This document shows, one piece after another, positions 49,362 through 58,918 of a DNA stretch of 64,000 nt. Within the stretch, counting starts at the first letter, position 1. Each line of letters starts with the position of its first letter. The notes under the pieces are model-generated. The model saw only the letters and a list, made by a program, of their open reading frames with translations. It was not told the origin of the DNA and searched no databases. Where the stretch lies: assembly GCA_013697735.1 (NCBI GenBank), contig JACCWH010000050.1, positions 62 through 64,061 of the forward strand, given 5' to 3'. The translations under genes and the position numbers were made by a program. The DNA is from Trueperaceae bacterium. GTDB taxonomy: Bacteria; Deinococcota; Deinococci; Deinococcales; Trueperaceae.

Positions 49362-52300
49362 ATGGCCGACCCGACGAAGATCGACGACGAAATCGGCAGC
49401 GCCTTCCATGCCCTCTTCGGGTCAGGCGTTCGCCCCGCCAACCTCGCTGCCGCCGAAACGCACCTGGCCCGCCGCTTCACGGACGGGCCAGAGCTGTCGA
49501 CGCGCCTGTGGGGCGCCGGGCAGAGCGAGCGCGAGTCGATCATCGACTACCTACGCAAGGAGTACACGCTCGGGAGCGGCTTCGGCGAGACGCCCGGCTA
49601 CCCCTCCAACCGCATCCTCGACAACCTCCGCACGTGGTACACCGACGGCCCCTCCTCCGGCTTGCGTGGCGACCCCACGTACGTCGCGCGCCGCATCGCC
49701 GTGACCGAGTCGGCCTTCTTCACGCAAGCGCTCGATAACGCCGTTGACGAGGAGCTAGAGGCCGCCGGAATGATCGACGGCTACGAGATCCTCCTCGCGC
49801 CCGAACGCGACGATTGGGATTGCGAGTGCCCGGGGCACGCTGACGGCGGGCCCTACCCGACCCTGCTCGACACGCCCGAGCCCCCCTTCCACCCGTTCTG
49901 CGCGTGCAGGCGCCGCCCGATCTTCCTCGACGAACCCAAGCGCAAGAAGCAAGCCGATCGGCGTCGCGCCCTCACCGACTACGCCAGGGGCGTCGGCGTC
50001 GACGTGGCCGCCACCATGCTCGACCGGGAGATCGCCGACCCCAACGATCACCCCGTCCTCACGCTCTTCAAGCAGTACCTCGTCGACTACCTCGCCGGTG
50101 GAACCAAAGCGCACCTGCTCGGCAGCTCGCCACGCTGGGGGCGCCTGATCGGGCGCACCGCCCTCAACTTCACGCTGCGGCACGGCCGCGATTACGTGAT
50201 CAAGACCGCCGTCGACGCCGCCGCGTTGATCCAGAACACCCCCCGCGGCGTCCTCCTGCAAGCCATGACGCACCACCTCGCGCGCCACTACTACCTCGTG
50301 GGCCGCGAACGCCTCCGAACGATGTTCGCCCCCCGGCCGTACGGCGGCCGCGTTGGTGGCCCCCCAGGCGCGGGTAGCAGGCGAGGCCCCCCCGCGGCTC
50401 TCGTCGCGGACACGCGAGCAGTGAGCACCCTCACGCCCGAGATCATCGAGAACGCGGTCGAGTTGGAACGCGCGATGGTGCTCGCGCGCCAAGCGGGCGC
50501 GAAGCTCGGTCCGCCCCTCTCGCCCGCCGAGTTCGACGACAAGATCCGCACGCTCCTCAAGGACGCGATGGTGGGCGGTCGCCCCGTCACCGGCCACGGT
50601 GTCTTCCGGCCGAAGCCGGGAGAGAAGTGGACCGGCAACGAGATCCTCACGCAAGTCTTCGGTGACGGCCTACCGACCACGATCTCCGCCGAGCTGACGA
50701 CCTGGCAGGCGGGCGGGCAGATCGCTCGGCCTCGGCCGAACCTGATCGGCACCGTCACCCCCGACGGCCGCGCGCTCGCCCCCGGGGCCAGGCACGAGGT
50801 CGAGTACCGCGTCTGGCCCGTGAGCGCCATCGACGCCGCCACCCTCGGTGGGGCTCCGGGGGAAGTCTTCCTCCCCCCCGGCGCGACACTGCGCCCGTTC
50901 GCGGTCCAGGAGGAACGCGGGCGCTGGGTGGTCGACTTCCGGGAGATGCCATCGTGGTCGAAGCCCCTCGCGTACGCGGACGACGAGATCACCGCCTGGG
51001 CCAACCTCCCCGTCGGCGTACCCCTCGAACCGAGCGCGGCGCAGGACCTCGTCGACGCCTGGCGTTCACTCTTCCCCCTCCCACCGATGCAAGCCGTCGA
51101 GCACATGCTCTTCGGTCTCCCCGTGAACCTGCAACGCGTCGGCATCACCGGCCGCGCGAACACCATCAACCTCTCGATCACCACCGACGCCTTCACCGCC
51201 ACGCGCACCTTCACCCTGCGCGACGACGGGGTCCGCGTGAGCCACGACACCCTCCGAGTGATTCCCGACCGCCAGGGCGAGGGGCTCGCGCGATCGTTCC
51301 TCGCGAACAGCGTCTACCTGTACGAGGCGCTCGGCTTCAAGGCGATCGAGACGAACGCCTCCGCCCGCGGCGACGACGGCGGTGCTTACACCTGGGCGCG
51401 CTTCGGCTTCACGCCGCAGATCCCGGATTGGCAGGCCGTTCGTGATCGCAACGTCAGGGTGTGGCTCGAACAGAACCGCATCAACCTGACCGTCGCCGAG
51501 GTCAACCTGATCGAGGCCGCGCTCGCCAATCGCCACCCGCGAGCGCTCTGGGCGATCGCCGACCTACCCATCGGCCGCGAAGCGCTCCTCGGCGGCGCGG
51601 GCGTGGGATGGCGCGGGGTGCTCGACCTCACGGATCTGGAGGCGATGCAGCGCTTCAACGCCTACACGCGCCGCTTGCCCCTGGTGATGGAGCGCCAACA
51701 GATCGACCTATCCGAGGTCACGATCAGAAGCTACGCCCCCCCGCCGGATCCGCCACCCGCCATCACGCACGAGGACCAAGTCCGTTACCAGCTCGTCGAA
51801 AGCGAGTTCGCCGGGCCGAACGTGCGCAATGGCGACATCGACGTCAACGCCCAGCGTTGGGACGTCTTCGCGGGCGCCGATACGCCAGCCTCCCTCGTCG
51901 AGCGGCTCCGCAGCGCGCTCGCCGACATCAACCCGAACGTCTACGCCGGGCGCGACCTCGACACCGCGATCATCTCCTTCAGCGAGACCGGCCGCGCCCT
52001 CTACATGGACTACTACTTCCGGGTGGAGGGCGACGCCTTCGGCACCACGATCCAGCTCCGGCATGAGGGCGGGCGGTCGTACGTCGACAAGGTCCGCTTC
52101 TCGAACCCCGAGCGGATCCAGGAGTCCATCGACCTCCTGGGCGTGATCGAACGCGTCTTCCGCGACGAGCTTGGCTTCAACGGGATCAACGTTGACGTCG
52201 ACAGCATCGAGAGGCTCCGCGGCGGGCTGGGCATGGGCCTGCAGGTGCCCGCGTACCAGCGTATCCGGTTGGATATCCACCTGCGCGAAACGATCACCGA

Positions 52301-55300
52301 GGGGCTCGCGGGGAGCCCACGCAACGCGCAACTCCTCGAAGCCTACCTAAGTGACTCGGACGACGTCGGGACCTACCTGCCCATCGCCGCCGCGCTCGAA
52401 CCAACTTGGGCGATCACGCCGAGCGCCGCCTTTGCCCTGCAGACCACACCCCTCTCCCTCATCCTCCCGGTGCGGTCGTCGCCTCGGCGGCGCCTCTACG
52501 ACGCGCTCTCCAGCTCGGGGGGAGGGCCGATCATTCGCGGCCTCCTCGATCGAGCCGAAGAGATCCGCATCGAGGCCATGGCGATCCCCCAGGGCGCCGA
52601 CGTCCAGGGCGACATCACCTTCCCCGACGCCGCGCCCGCGGCCGCGCCGCTGCCCGATCGGAGCGGCTGGCCGACTGAGGCGCGCATCACCCAAATGCGC
52701 AGCGAATGGGGTGACGCCCCGACGACCGCCCAGGAGTTCCAGGACGTCTTCGGGCAGACGATGGATGATGTGCAGGTCGCCGTCTGGAATCAGCGCATCA
52801 ACATCCGACCCGAGCAGTTCGTCGAGTACCTCTACCAGTTCGCGCCGCCCGAAATGGTCGGCGCCTACACCTGGAACTGGCGCATCGGGCACCAGGGGCA
52901 CGTCGAGTTGGATCTGAGGACGACGGCGGGCGTGACCGGCGTCAGCATGGAGATGCGGCGCACCTTCGACTTCTCCCGGCACGGCGATCACAGCGTCTAC
53001 CACGGCTACTACCGGGTCAGCCGCGACTCGGCGAGCCCCCTGCGTGGCGTCGCCCGCGCCGTCTTCTCGGGCTTCTGGGACATCTACGACCACATGGGCA
53101 TCGCGCGAGTCGGCGTCTCCGCCTCCCTCTCTCGCGGCGGTTACGTCTGGGCGCGCTTCGGCTTCCTCCCCGACGGCAACATCTCCGACCTGGGCGACCG
53201 CATGGCGCAGCACCTGGGCTTCGACGCCGTCGCCGCAATCGCGCAGCACGTCGATCCGAACGAGATCGCCGCCACCCTCCGCGGCGCGGCGATCGCGGAG
53301 TACGCCGACGAGCTGGTCGACCTCTACGAGAGCGTGAGCGGCCCCGGCCTCTTCCAGGACCAACTGAGCGTCCTGGTCCCCACCGACCCCGACCGCGTCG
53401 CGGAGATCTTCCGGGAGGTCGATCTCGCCGTCACCCAAGCCGACATCGACGACGCCGTCGACGACGCCGCGAACGCGCTCATGGGCGCTCACAACTCGCC
53501 GATCGAGGCGCTCACCGCCGACTTCCTCGACCAGGAGGGCATCACCGGCTACCCCGACGAGCCGCGCATGCTCTGGGACATCGCCGACCACCTCCAGGGC
53601 GCCGACGTCCTCATGGGCCAAAGCTGGTCGGGCACGTTCGACATGAACGATCCCGACCAGCTCGACCGCTTCAACGGGTACGTGCGGCGCGGTCAGCCGT
53701 GGACGGACCTCCTCGACTACACCGAACAGATCACCGGCTCGCGCCACATGACCTTCTCCCTCAACCGCGCCAAGGTCGCCCGCGCACTCGCGCAACAGAC
53801 GCCCGCCGTTCCCGACGCCCAACTCCCCGTGTGGGAGCCGGACCCCCTCCTCCAGCGCGGGCTCATGCCGAATGTCGGTGTCGCCCCGGCGGGCGTCGAC
53901 CAGGCCTCCTTCGAGTTCATCGCTCGGCACGTCTGGCAGACCACGCCCACGCTCCAGGGCGGTTCCGCGGCCACACACACCGTGGGCAGGCTACGCGAGC
54001 GCGCGGCACACACGATGGAGGGGATGGTGGCGACCCTGAATGTCCCGCCCGCCGCCATCGAGCGCATGATCCTCCCCCCGAAGAGCTGGCCCGCCACGTT
54101 CCAGCTCGCCGCCGAGCCGGTCCACGCGGGAACGGTCGGGAGTCGCGGCGTCCAGTACGAGTTCGAGCTGAGCGCCGCCACGCCGAACCCCGAGTTTGAC
54201 CCCGCCGCCACGCCGAACGCTGATACCAACCCCGAACGGCTCTCCATGCACGTGCTCCTGACGAGCACGCTCGGAACGGGCGAGACGCTCCCGACGACGG
54301 TGATCGACTTCGGCGCGAGCGCATACTTGCGCGTCACGCCCGCGCAGATGATCGAGTCGATCGGCGAGGCCTACCGCGTGGTCCGCGCCGTGACCGCCGA
54401 AGCGAGCAACGTCCAGATCTCGTTCGACACGCTCTCCTTCAGCCACCTCCTCACCCTCGACCTCGCGGATCCCGCGCGGATCCGCGGCATGTCCGAGCTG
54501 GGCTCGATCTTCGCGTGGGCGCCGCACGACCCCAACATGGTGAGCGCGTTGCGCTCGGGGCTCACCAACGCCCACTACTTCCTGCAGGGCCCGACCGGGA
54601 ACGCTGGCATCGTCGACGACGCCACCTTGCGCCGCGTCGAGGCGCACGCGCTCGGGAGCGACATGGGTCGCTGGGTGATGATCGACGACCTCGCCCGGCA
54701 CGGCGAGTACCGCGCCCTCGGTGAGATCGTCATGCAGGGAACCTGGGGCGGTCGGGTGACGCTCGATGTCGTGCGCGAGCGCGCCACGCACCTGATCCCA
54801 ATGCGCCCCCTCTCCCAGCCGATCGTGCGCCTCCCCGAGCGCGTGCTCACCACGGCTGATCCCGAAGCCCAACGCGCTTGGGAGGCGGCGATCGGCCCCG
54901 CCTTCCCAACGCGCTCGGGCGGCGACATGAGCCTCCTGCAACAGCGCGAATCCGGCACCATCGACCTGTGGCTCTCGCAATCACAACGCGACGTGTGGCT
55001 CGCCGATCCCGGCCTCGCCGACGTGCAACGCCTGGCGGTGCTCGACATGATCGCAGGCCCCCGCGCCCCCATGGGGCAACCTCACGCGGATGTCGCGGCG
55101 ACCTTCTACCACCTCCTCAACACTCCCGTGGCGCGGCACCTGAGCCCCGCCGAGCTGTGGCGCGGGTCGGGATTGCGCGATGTTCACCTCGACACCCTCG
55201 CCAACTCCTTCTCGGTCATGCTCTCGCCGCCCGGCCACCAGCTCGGCCGCATCGGCGTCCAGATCCAAGTGCCGCACGCCATCGACGAGCCGGTCCAGAG

Positions 55301-58300
55301 CGTGATCACCGGCTTGGGGGCCGCCCAAGCGATCCTGACCCGCGCTGAAGTGATCGGCCTGGTCGCGAGCGTGGCCGAGGCGGCGTACACCGTCAACCGG
55401 CACCGCATGGGTGGTCGGAGCCGCGCGCAGCTCGCCCTCAACGTGTACGACGGCGAGATCGCCGAGCGGTTGATGCGCGTCTTCTTCGAGCCGGTCGACC
55501 CGGTGCAGATCGAGATGGTCCTCACGCAGATGAAGGTCGTCGCCGAGCGTTCGATGGGTCGCACGCAAGCGAGCGGCGACACTGACGCCTGGAACCGCTA
55601 TCGCAACGTGGTCGAGCGGCTCGAATACTACATCCACGGGACCGACGACCTCGCCACCCGACAGGGGGCCTTCACGAGCCCGAACCACTACATGGCCGGG
55701 ATCGTTCGCACGGCCATCGACGAGCTGGGGCTCGACATCCACCTGCGCGCCACCGGCATCACGGTCGGCGCCTCCGACCGGATCCGCGATCAGGTCGACC
55801 GGATCCTCGACCCGACCTACGGTTCGCGCCTTGAAGTCAGCCTCCCCCCCGGCCTCGATGGCGTGATCACGACCACCAACTACCGAGCGGACGCCGCCGT
55901 CGCCGCCGATGATCTCCTCCGCGACGCTCGCGCGGGGCTCGACCTCGAACGCTGGAACGCCGATCCCGTCCTGCGGCAAGACCAGGCCTTTCCCACCATC
56001 GTCACGGAACGCGCGGCGCGGCCACCCCTCGTCCGCCGCGCTGGCGTTCCCGTCGCGATGGGGCTCGACGAGGTTGGCCTGCAGGGCCTCGGCACGCTGA
56101 TCAACCTCGGCAACCGCACGACCACCCCCTTCGCCGCGATCGTCGGTGCGGGAACCGAGCCGTTCAACACCGAGAGCGTCTTCCTGCAGCTCCGTCGCAT
56201 GTTCGACCTCGACACCCTCTACGGGCGCGGGCCCATGGAGCAGCTCACCGGCTTGCGCGCGGTCTTCGACGAGTCCGCGGCGGTCCTGGCCGTCAGGGGC
56301 ACCCCGCTACTCGGCTTCGTCAACCTCGATCGGTTGATGTCCGGTAGTAAACCCTTCGTCAACCCGTCACCCACCTACCCCGACGCCGTCGCCCCCAACG
56401 ATCACACGGACCTCCCGGGCTATCGCCCCATCGGGCGCTGGGACACATCGAACGACGTGATGGGCGTGATCATCCACGAACACGCGCACATCGCCACGAC
56501 CAGGGTGCTTCACGAGGTCAAGGAGGGCGTGGCGCACGCTCGCACGAGCGCGGGCCCGCACGACGACGCCATCCGGGATTGGGTCGCCCAGGTAGTAGCG
56601 GTCGACCTGAGCGTGCCATCGCACACGGCCCTCCGCGTGCTCTTTCCCTCCGATTACGTCTTCAACACCTACATCCACGAGCGTGAGGTCGATAGGCAGT
56701 ACCGCGAGATCGCCACGTTTGCGAACCTCGTCCCACCACCGCCGCTCTACCCGGACAAAGCGGTGAACGAAATGATCGCGGAGAGCTTCACCGCGATGGC
56801 GATCGACGCCGATCGCTTCCGTCGCGAGCATCCCCTCCTCGCGAACATCGTGGATCTCGTCCTGGTCGAGGCGGGCACCCCGATCATCTGGCCCGCACCC
56901 GGTGAGTTGCGGCGAGTCAATCGCGGCGCCAAGCCGCCGGTCCCGGCGGTCACGCTCGCCCCCCCCGAGCGACCCGTGACGCGCTGGTCGGCTGGGACCC
57001 ACGACCCCCTCACCGTCCCCCGCCTCCCCCCCTTGCCCATCCCCGAAACCGACGAAATCGCGCTCGCCCTCGTTCACGGCGCGGCCCACCAGGCCGCCCT
57101 CACCGCGATGGAGGAGGGCACCGGCATCGTCGTGGTCAATATCGACGCCGTTCAACCGCCGACCCCCACCGCAGAGCGCCGCGGTGGAGTGACGGTCAGC
57201 GCTCTCTCCCGGCATCTGTCGCCCCTCCCCGGCCCACCCCAGGATCCGGTCGCGTGGTTCGCGGGCCTGAAGGAGACGCTCCGCCCGGGCGGCCTGCTCG
57301 TCGCCTACACCCAGAACGTTCACGTGACCCCAGCGACGGGCCAACCGATCGGCAACCTGCTCGACACGCCCGCCGAACGCGCCGCCCTAGAGAGCAACTT
57401 CGCCTACGTCATGCACGTGCACCAGCTCCCCAACGGCCTCAACGTCTGGATGGCGAGCGACGATCGGGCGCGACTCACCGCGGCTACTGCCGAGTTCGCC
57501 GCCCGCTACAACCCGCACCCCCGCCCGGGCGCGATCCCCCCCGGCTCACCCCTCGCGGGGTTGCGCTCACACCCCCTGCGCTTCGACACGGAGATCAACG
57601 AAACCTTCTCGTACGGCGACGCAGCGCTCTATCACGGCACCCGCATCGACATGGCGCTGCGAATCGAGGAGGAGGGCCTGCTCCCCCGCACGGGCGACCT
57701 CACCGAGTCGGTCTACAGCGACTACCCCGGCCAGGTGATCCCCGGCGCCGCCTTCTTCGTCCAGGAGGACCGCCTCGACGCTTTCATCGTCAACCTGATC
57801 GCGATGCGCTACCACGTCGGCCAGAAGCTCGATACGGACATCTCGAAGGTCACGCTGCGCGACGTCCTCGAACACGGCGCGCTGATCGTCGTCGAGCGGT
57901 ACGACCCGGAGGAAGTCTTCCAGCGCAACTGGGAGGGGTGGGACGACGACGAGGGCGAGGAGCGCGCCCTCTTCGTCGACCTCAACGGCGCGCCGGTCAA
58001 CGCGTCGCGCTTCGAGGGGTTGGTCCAGATCGAGGAGGAGGACATCTTCTCGCTCGAACCCCTCCCGGCGAGCGACATCCTCGTCGGCCAACGCCTCCTC
58101 GACTTCTTCCTCACCACCGAACAGCGCCGCACGTCGGTCGAGGAGGCCTTCCCCGGTCAGCTCGACGACATGTACGCCCGCGATCCCCTCTTCCCGGACG
58201 TCCCCCCCGAAGCGAAGCGCAACATCTTCGCTGACGTCTACACCCCCGTGCAACTCCTGGAGCGCGCTATCGAGGAGCAGGGCTTCACCCGGCCGAGCAT

Positions 58301-58634
58301 CCTCGACGACCTCGGCATCGGCCCCGCCGCCCACTGGCCGAGCGTGCGTGAGGGGGCGAACGTGATCGAGCTGGCCGACCTCCTGGCGCTCGACCGGACC
58401 ATCACACCGCGCCTCACCCCCGCCGAGGCCGCCCTCTACACACCCACGTACCTCGCCGCGCGTTACGGTTATCAAGCGGTCGCCTTCGGTGGGATGTATG
58501 CTGTTCTGGACGTCGACGCGGAGCCGGAAGTGGAGGCGGCAGCGTTGATCGGTGGCACGCGGAGACAGCTCGAACAGATCCGTAGCGCCAACCCCGACGT
58601 CGAGTTCCGCTACCTGCGTTATGGAGGACGATAG
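49362..58634 (+). CDS. giant MuF-fused polyvalent protein (3090 aa)
   Basis: Single uninterrupted GC3-rich ORF. The N-terminal MuF/SPP1-gp7 head-morphogenesis signature is RIAVTESAFF...DDWDCECPGHADGG...PPFHPFCACRRRP. Two GNAT-like modules, an HEHAH metallopeptidase motif and other modules lie downstream. Confidence 0.9.
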   Translation: MADPTKIDDEIGSAFHALFGSGVRPANLAAAETHLARRFTDGPELSTRLWGAGQSERESIIDYLRKEYTLGSGFGETPGYPSNRILDNLRTWYTDGPSSGLRGDPTYVARRIAVTESAFFTQALDNAVDEELEAAGMIDGYEILLAPERDDWDCECPGHADGGPYPTLLDTPEPPFHPFCACRRRPIFLDEPKRKKQADRRRALTDYARGVGVDVAATMLDREIADPNDHPVLTLFKQYLVDYLAGGTKAHLLGSSPRWGRLIGRTALNFTLRHGRDYVIKTAVDAAALIQNTPRGVLLQAMTHHLARHYYLVGRERLRTMFAPRPYGGRVGGPPGAGSRRGPPAALVADTRAVSTLTPEIIENAVELERAMVLARQAGAKLGPPLSPAEFDDKIRTLLKDAMVGGRPVTGHGVFRPKPGEKWTGNEILTQVFGDGLPTTISAELTTWQAGGQIARPRPNLIGTVTPDGRALAPGARHEVEYRVWPVSAIDAATLGGAPGEVFLPPGATLRPFAVQEERGRWVVDFREMPSWSKPLAYADDEITAWANLPVGVPLEPSAAQDLVDAWRSLFPLPPMQAVEHMLFGLPVNLQRVGITGRANTINLSITTDAFTATRTFTLRDDGVRVSHDTLRVIPDRQGEGLARSFLANSVYLYEALGFKAIETNASARGDDGGAYTWARFGFTPQIPDWQAVRDRNVRVWLEQNRINLTVAEVNLIEAALANRHPRALWAIADLPIGREALLGGAGVGWRGVLDLTDLEAMQRFNAYTRRLPLVMERQQIDLSEVTIRSYAPPPDPPPAITHEDQVRYQLVESEFAGPNVRNGDIDVNAQRWDVFAGADTPASLVERLRSALADINPNVYAGRDLDTAIISFSETGRALYMDYYFRVEGDAFGTTIQLRHEGGRSYVDKVRFSNPERIQESIDLLGVIERVFRDELGFNGINVDVDSIERLRGGLGMGLQVPAYQRIRLDIHLRETITEGLAGSPRNAQLLEAYLSDSDDVGTYLPIAAALEPTWAITPSAAFALQTTPLSLILPVRSSPRRRLYDALSSSGGGPIIRGLLDRAEEIRIEAMAIPQGADVQGDITFPDAAPAAAPLPDRSGWPTEARITQMRSEWGDAPTTAQEFQDVFGQTMDDVQVAVWNQRINIRPEQFVEYLYQFAPPEMVGAYTWNWRIGHQGHVELDLRTTAGVTGVSMEMRRTFDFSRHGDHSVYHGYYRVSRDSASPLRGVARAVFSGFWDIYDHMGIARVGVSASLSRGGYVWARFGFLPDGNISDLGDRMAQHLGFDAVAAIAQHVDPNEIAATLRGAAIAEYADELVDLYESVSGPGLFQDQLSVLVPTDPDRVAEIFREVDLAVTQADIDDAVDDAANALMGAHNSPIEALTADFLDQEGITGYPDEPRMLWDIADHLQGADVLMGQSWSGTFDMNDPDQLDRFNGYVRRGQPWTDLLDYTEQITGSRHMTFSLNRAKVARALAQQTPAVPDAQLPVWEPDPLLQRGLMPNVGVAPAGVDQASFEFIARHVWQTTPTLQGGSAATHTVGRLRERAAHTMEGMVATLNVPPAAIERMILPPKSWPATFQLAAEPVHAGTVGSRGVQYEFELSAATPNPEFDPAATPNADTNPERLSMHVLLTSTLGTGETLPTTVIDFGASAYLRVTPAQMIESIGEAYRVVRAVTAEASNVQISFDTLSFSHLLTLDLADPARIRGMSELGSIFAWAPHDPNMVSALRSGLTNAHYFLQGPTGNAGIVDDATLRRVEAHALGSDMGRWVMIDDLARHGEYRALGEIVMQGTWGGRVTLDVVRERATHLIPMRPLSQPIVRLPERVLTTADPEAQRAWEAAIGPAFPTRSGGDMSLLQQRESGTIDLWLSQSQRDVWLADPGLADVQRLAVLDMIAGPRAPMGQPHADVAATFYHLLNTPVARHLSPAELWRGSGLRDVHLDTLANSFSVMLSPPGHQLGRIGVQIQVPHAIDEPVQSVITGLGAAQAILTRAEVIGLVASVAEAAYTVNRHRMGGRSRAQLALNVYDGEIAERLMRVFFEPVDPVQIEMVLTQMKVVAERSMGRTQASGDTDAWNRYRNVVERLEYYIHGTDDLATRQGAFTSPNHYMAGIVRTAIDELGLDIHLRATGITVGASDRIRDQVDRILDPTYGSRLEVSLPPGLDGVITTTNYRADAAVAADDLLRDARAGLDLERWNADPVLRQDQAFPTIVTERAARPPLVRRAGVPVAMGLDEVGLQGLGTLINLGNRTTTPFAAIVGAGTEPFNTESVFLQLRRMFDLDTLYGRGPMEQLTGLRAVFDESAAVLAVRGTPLLGFVNLDRLMSGSKPFVNPSPTYPDAVAPNDHTDLPGYRPIGRWDTSNDVMGVIIHEHAHIATTRVLHEVKEGVAHARTSAGPHDDAIRDWVAQVVAVDLSVPSHTALRVLFPSDYVFNTYIHEREVDRQYREIATFANLVPPPPLYPDKAVNEMIAESFTAMAIDADRFRREHPLLANIVDLVLVEAGTPIIWPAPGELRRVNRGAKPPVPAVTLAPPERPVTRWSAGTHDPLTVPRLPPLPIPETDEIALALVHGAAHQAALTAMEEGTGIVVVNIDAVQPPTPTAERRGGVTVSALSRHLSPLPGPPQDPVAWFAGLKETLRPGGLLVAYTQNVHVTPATGQPIGNLLDTPAERAALESNFAYVMHVHQLPNGLNVWMASDDRARLTAATAEFAARYNPHPRPGAIPPGSPLAGLRSHPLRFDTEINETFSYGDAALYHGTRIDMALRIEEEGLLPRTGDLTESVYSDYPGQVIPGAAFFVQEDRLDAFIVNLIAMRYHVGQKLDTDISKVTLRDVLEHGALIVVERYDPEEVFQRNWEGWDDDEGEERALFVDLNGAPVNASRFEGLVQIEEEDIFSLEPLPASDILVGQRLLDFFLTTEQRRTSVEEAFPGQLDDMYARDPLFPDVPPEAKRNIFADVYTPVQLLERAIEEQGFTRPSILDDLGIGPAAHWPSVREGANVIELADLLALDRTITPRLTPAEAALYTPTYLAARYGYQAVAFGGMYAVLDVDAEPEVEAAALIGGTRRQLEQIRSANPDVEFRYLRYGGR
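49629..49931 (+). other. MuF-like head morphogenesis domain of the giant protein (aa ~90-190)
   Basis: The pattern TE..a...A.n......e.g......l.a..D...C..C....G......PP.HP.C.CRR is present. Confidence 0.75.
51084..51432 (+). other. GNAT-like module 1 of the giant protein (aa ~575-690)
   Basis: RQGEGLARSFL fits the Q/R-x-x-G-x-G/A motif, followed by LYEALGFKAIETNAS...GAYTWARFGFTP. Confidence 0.5.
52809..53187 (+). other. GNAT-like module 2 of the giant protein (aa ~1150-1275)
   Basis: LRGVARAVFSGFWDIYDHMGIARVGVSAS...GGYVWARFGFLP. Shares an 18-nt identical DNA stretch (53148-53165) with module 1 (51393-51410). Confidence 0.5.
56259..56862 (+). other. HExxH metallopeptidase-like region of the giant protein (aa ~2300-2500)
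   Basis: VIIHEHAHIATT (HEHAH at nt 56475-56489), with a downstream acidic NEMIAESF that could supply the third zinc ligand. Confidence 0.5.
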
Positions 58635-58918
58635 TGATCGAATACGGCAACGAAAACGAAACCATGGAGTTACTCTTTGCTGCGTTGACCGACATGAAAG
58701 TGCGCATCGGCAAAGCCGCCTACACGGGCACCCTCACCGAGGAGATGTTCGATCGTGAGGCCGCGAGCTTCAAGGCGCTGCACGAGGAGCACCGTGGGGA
58801 CTACCGGATGATGCGCCTCGTGCGCAGCCACCGCGAGGACTTCGGCGACTTCAGCGCGCAAGCGATCCACGATTGGATCAACCGCGGCCGCCTGAACGAT
58901 AGCGAGGAGAGGACCTGA
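58634..58918 (+). CDS. hypothetical protein
   Basis: 94 aa. The GTG overlaps the TAG of the giant gene. The 5' part is visibly less GC-rich. Confidence 0.55.
   Translation: MIEYGNENETMELLFAALTDMKVRIGKAAYTGTLTEEMFDREAASFKALHEEHRGDYRMMRLVRSHREDFGDFSAQAIHDWINRGRLNDSEERT

Noticed and set aside
52347-53978. 543-aa minus-strand ORF and many other antisense or alternate-frame ORFs inside 49362..58634 (for example 49755..50654, 50291..51250, 53991..54980, 54981..55979, 56367..57344, 57254..58234, 57567..58475)
   Set aside because: All lie within the single GC3-rich 3090-codon frame that carries the MuF, GNAT-like and HExxH motifs. None has an RBS or any motif.
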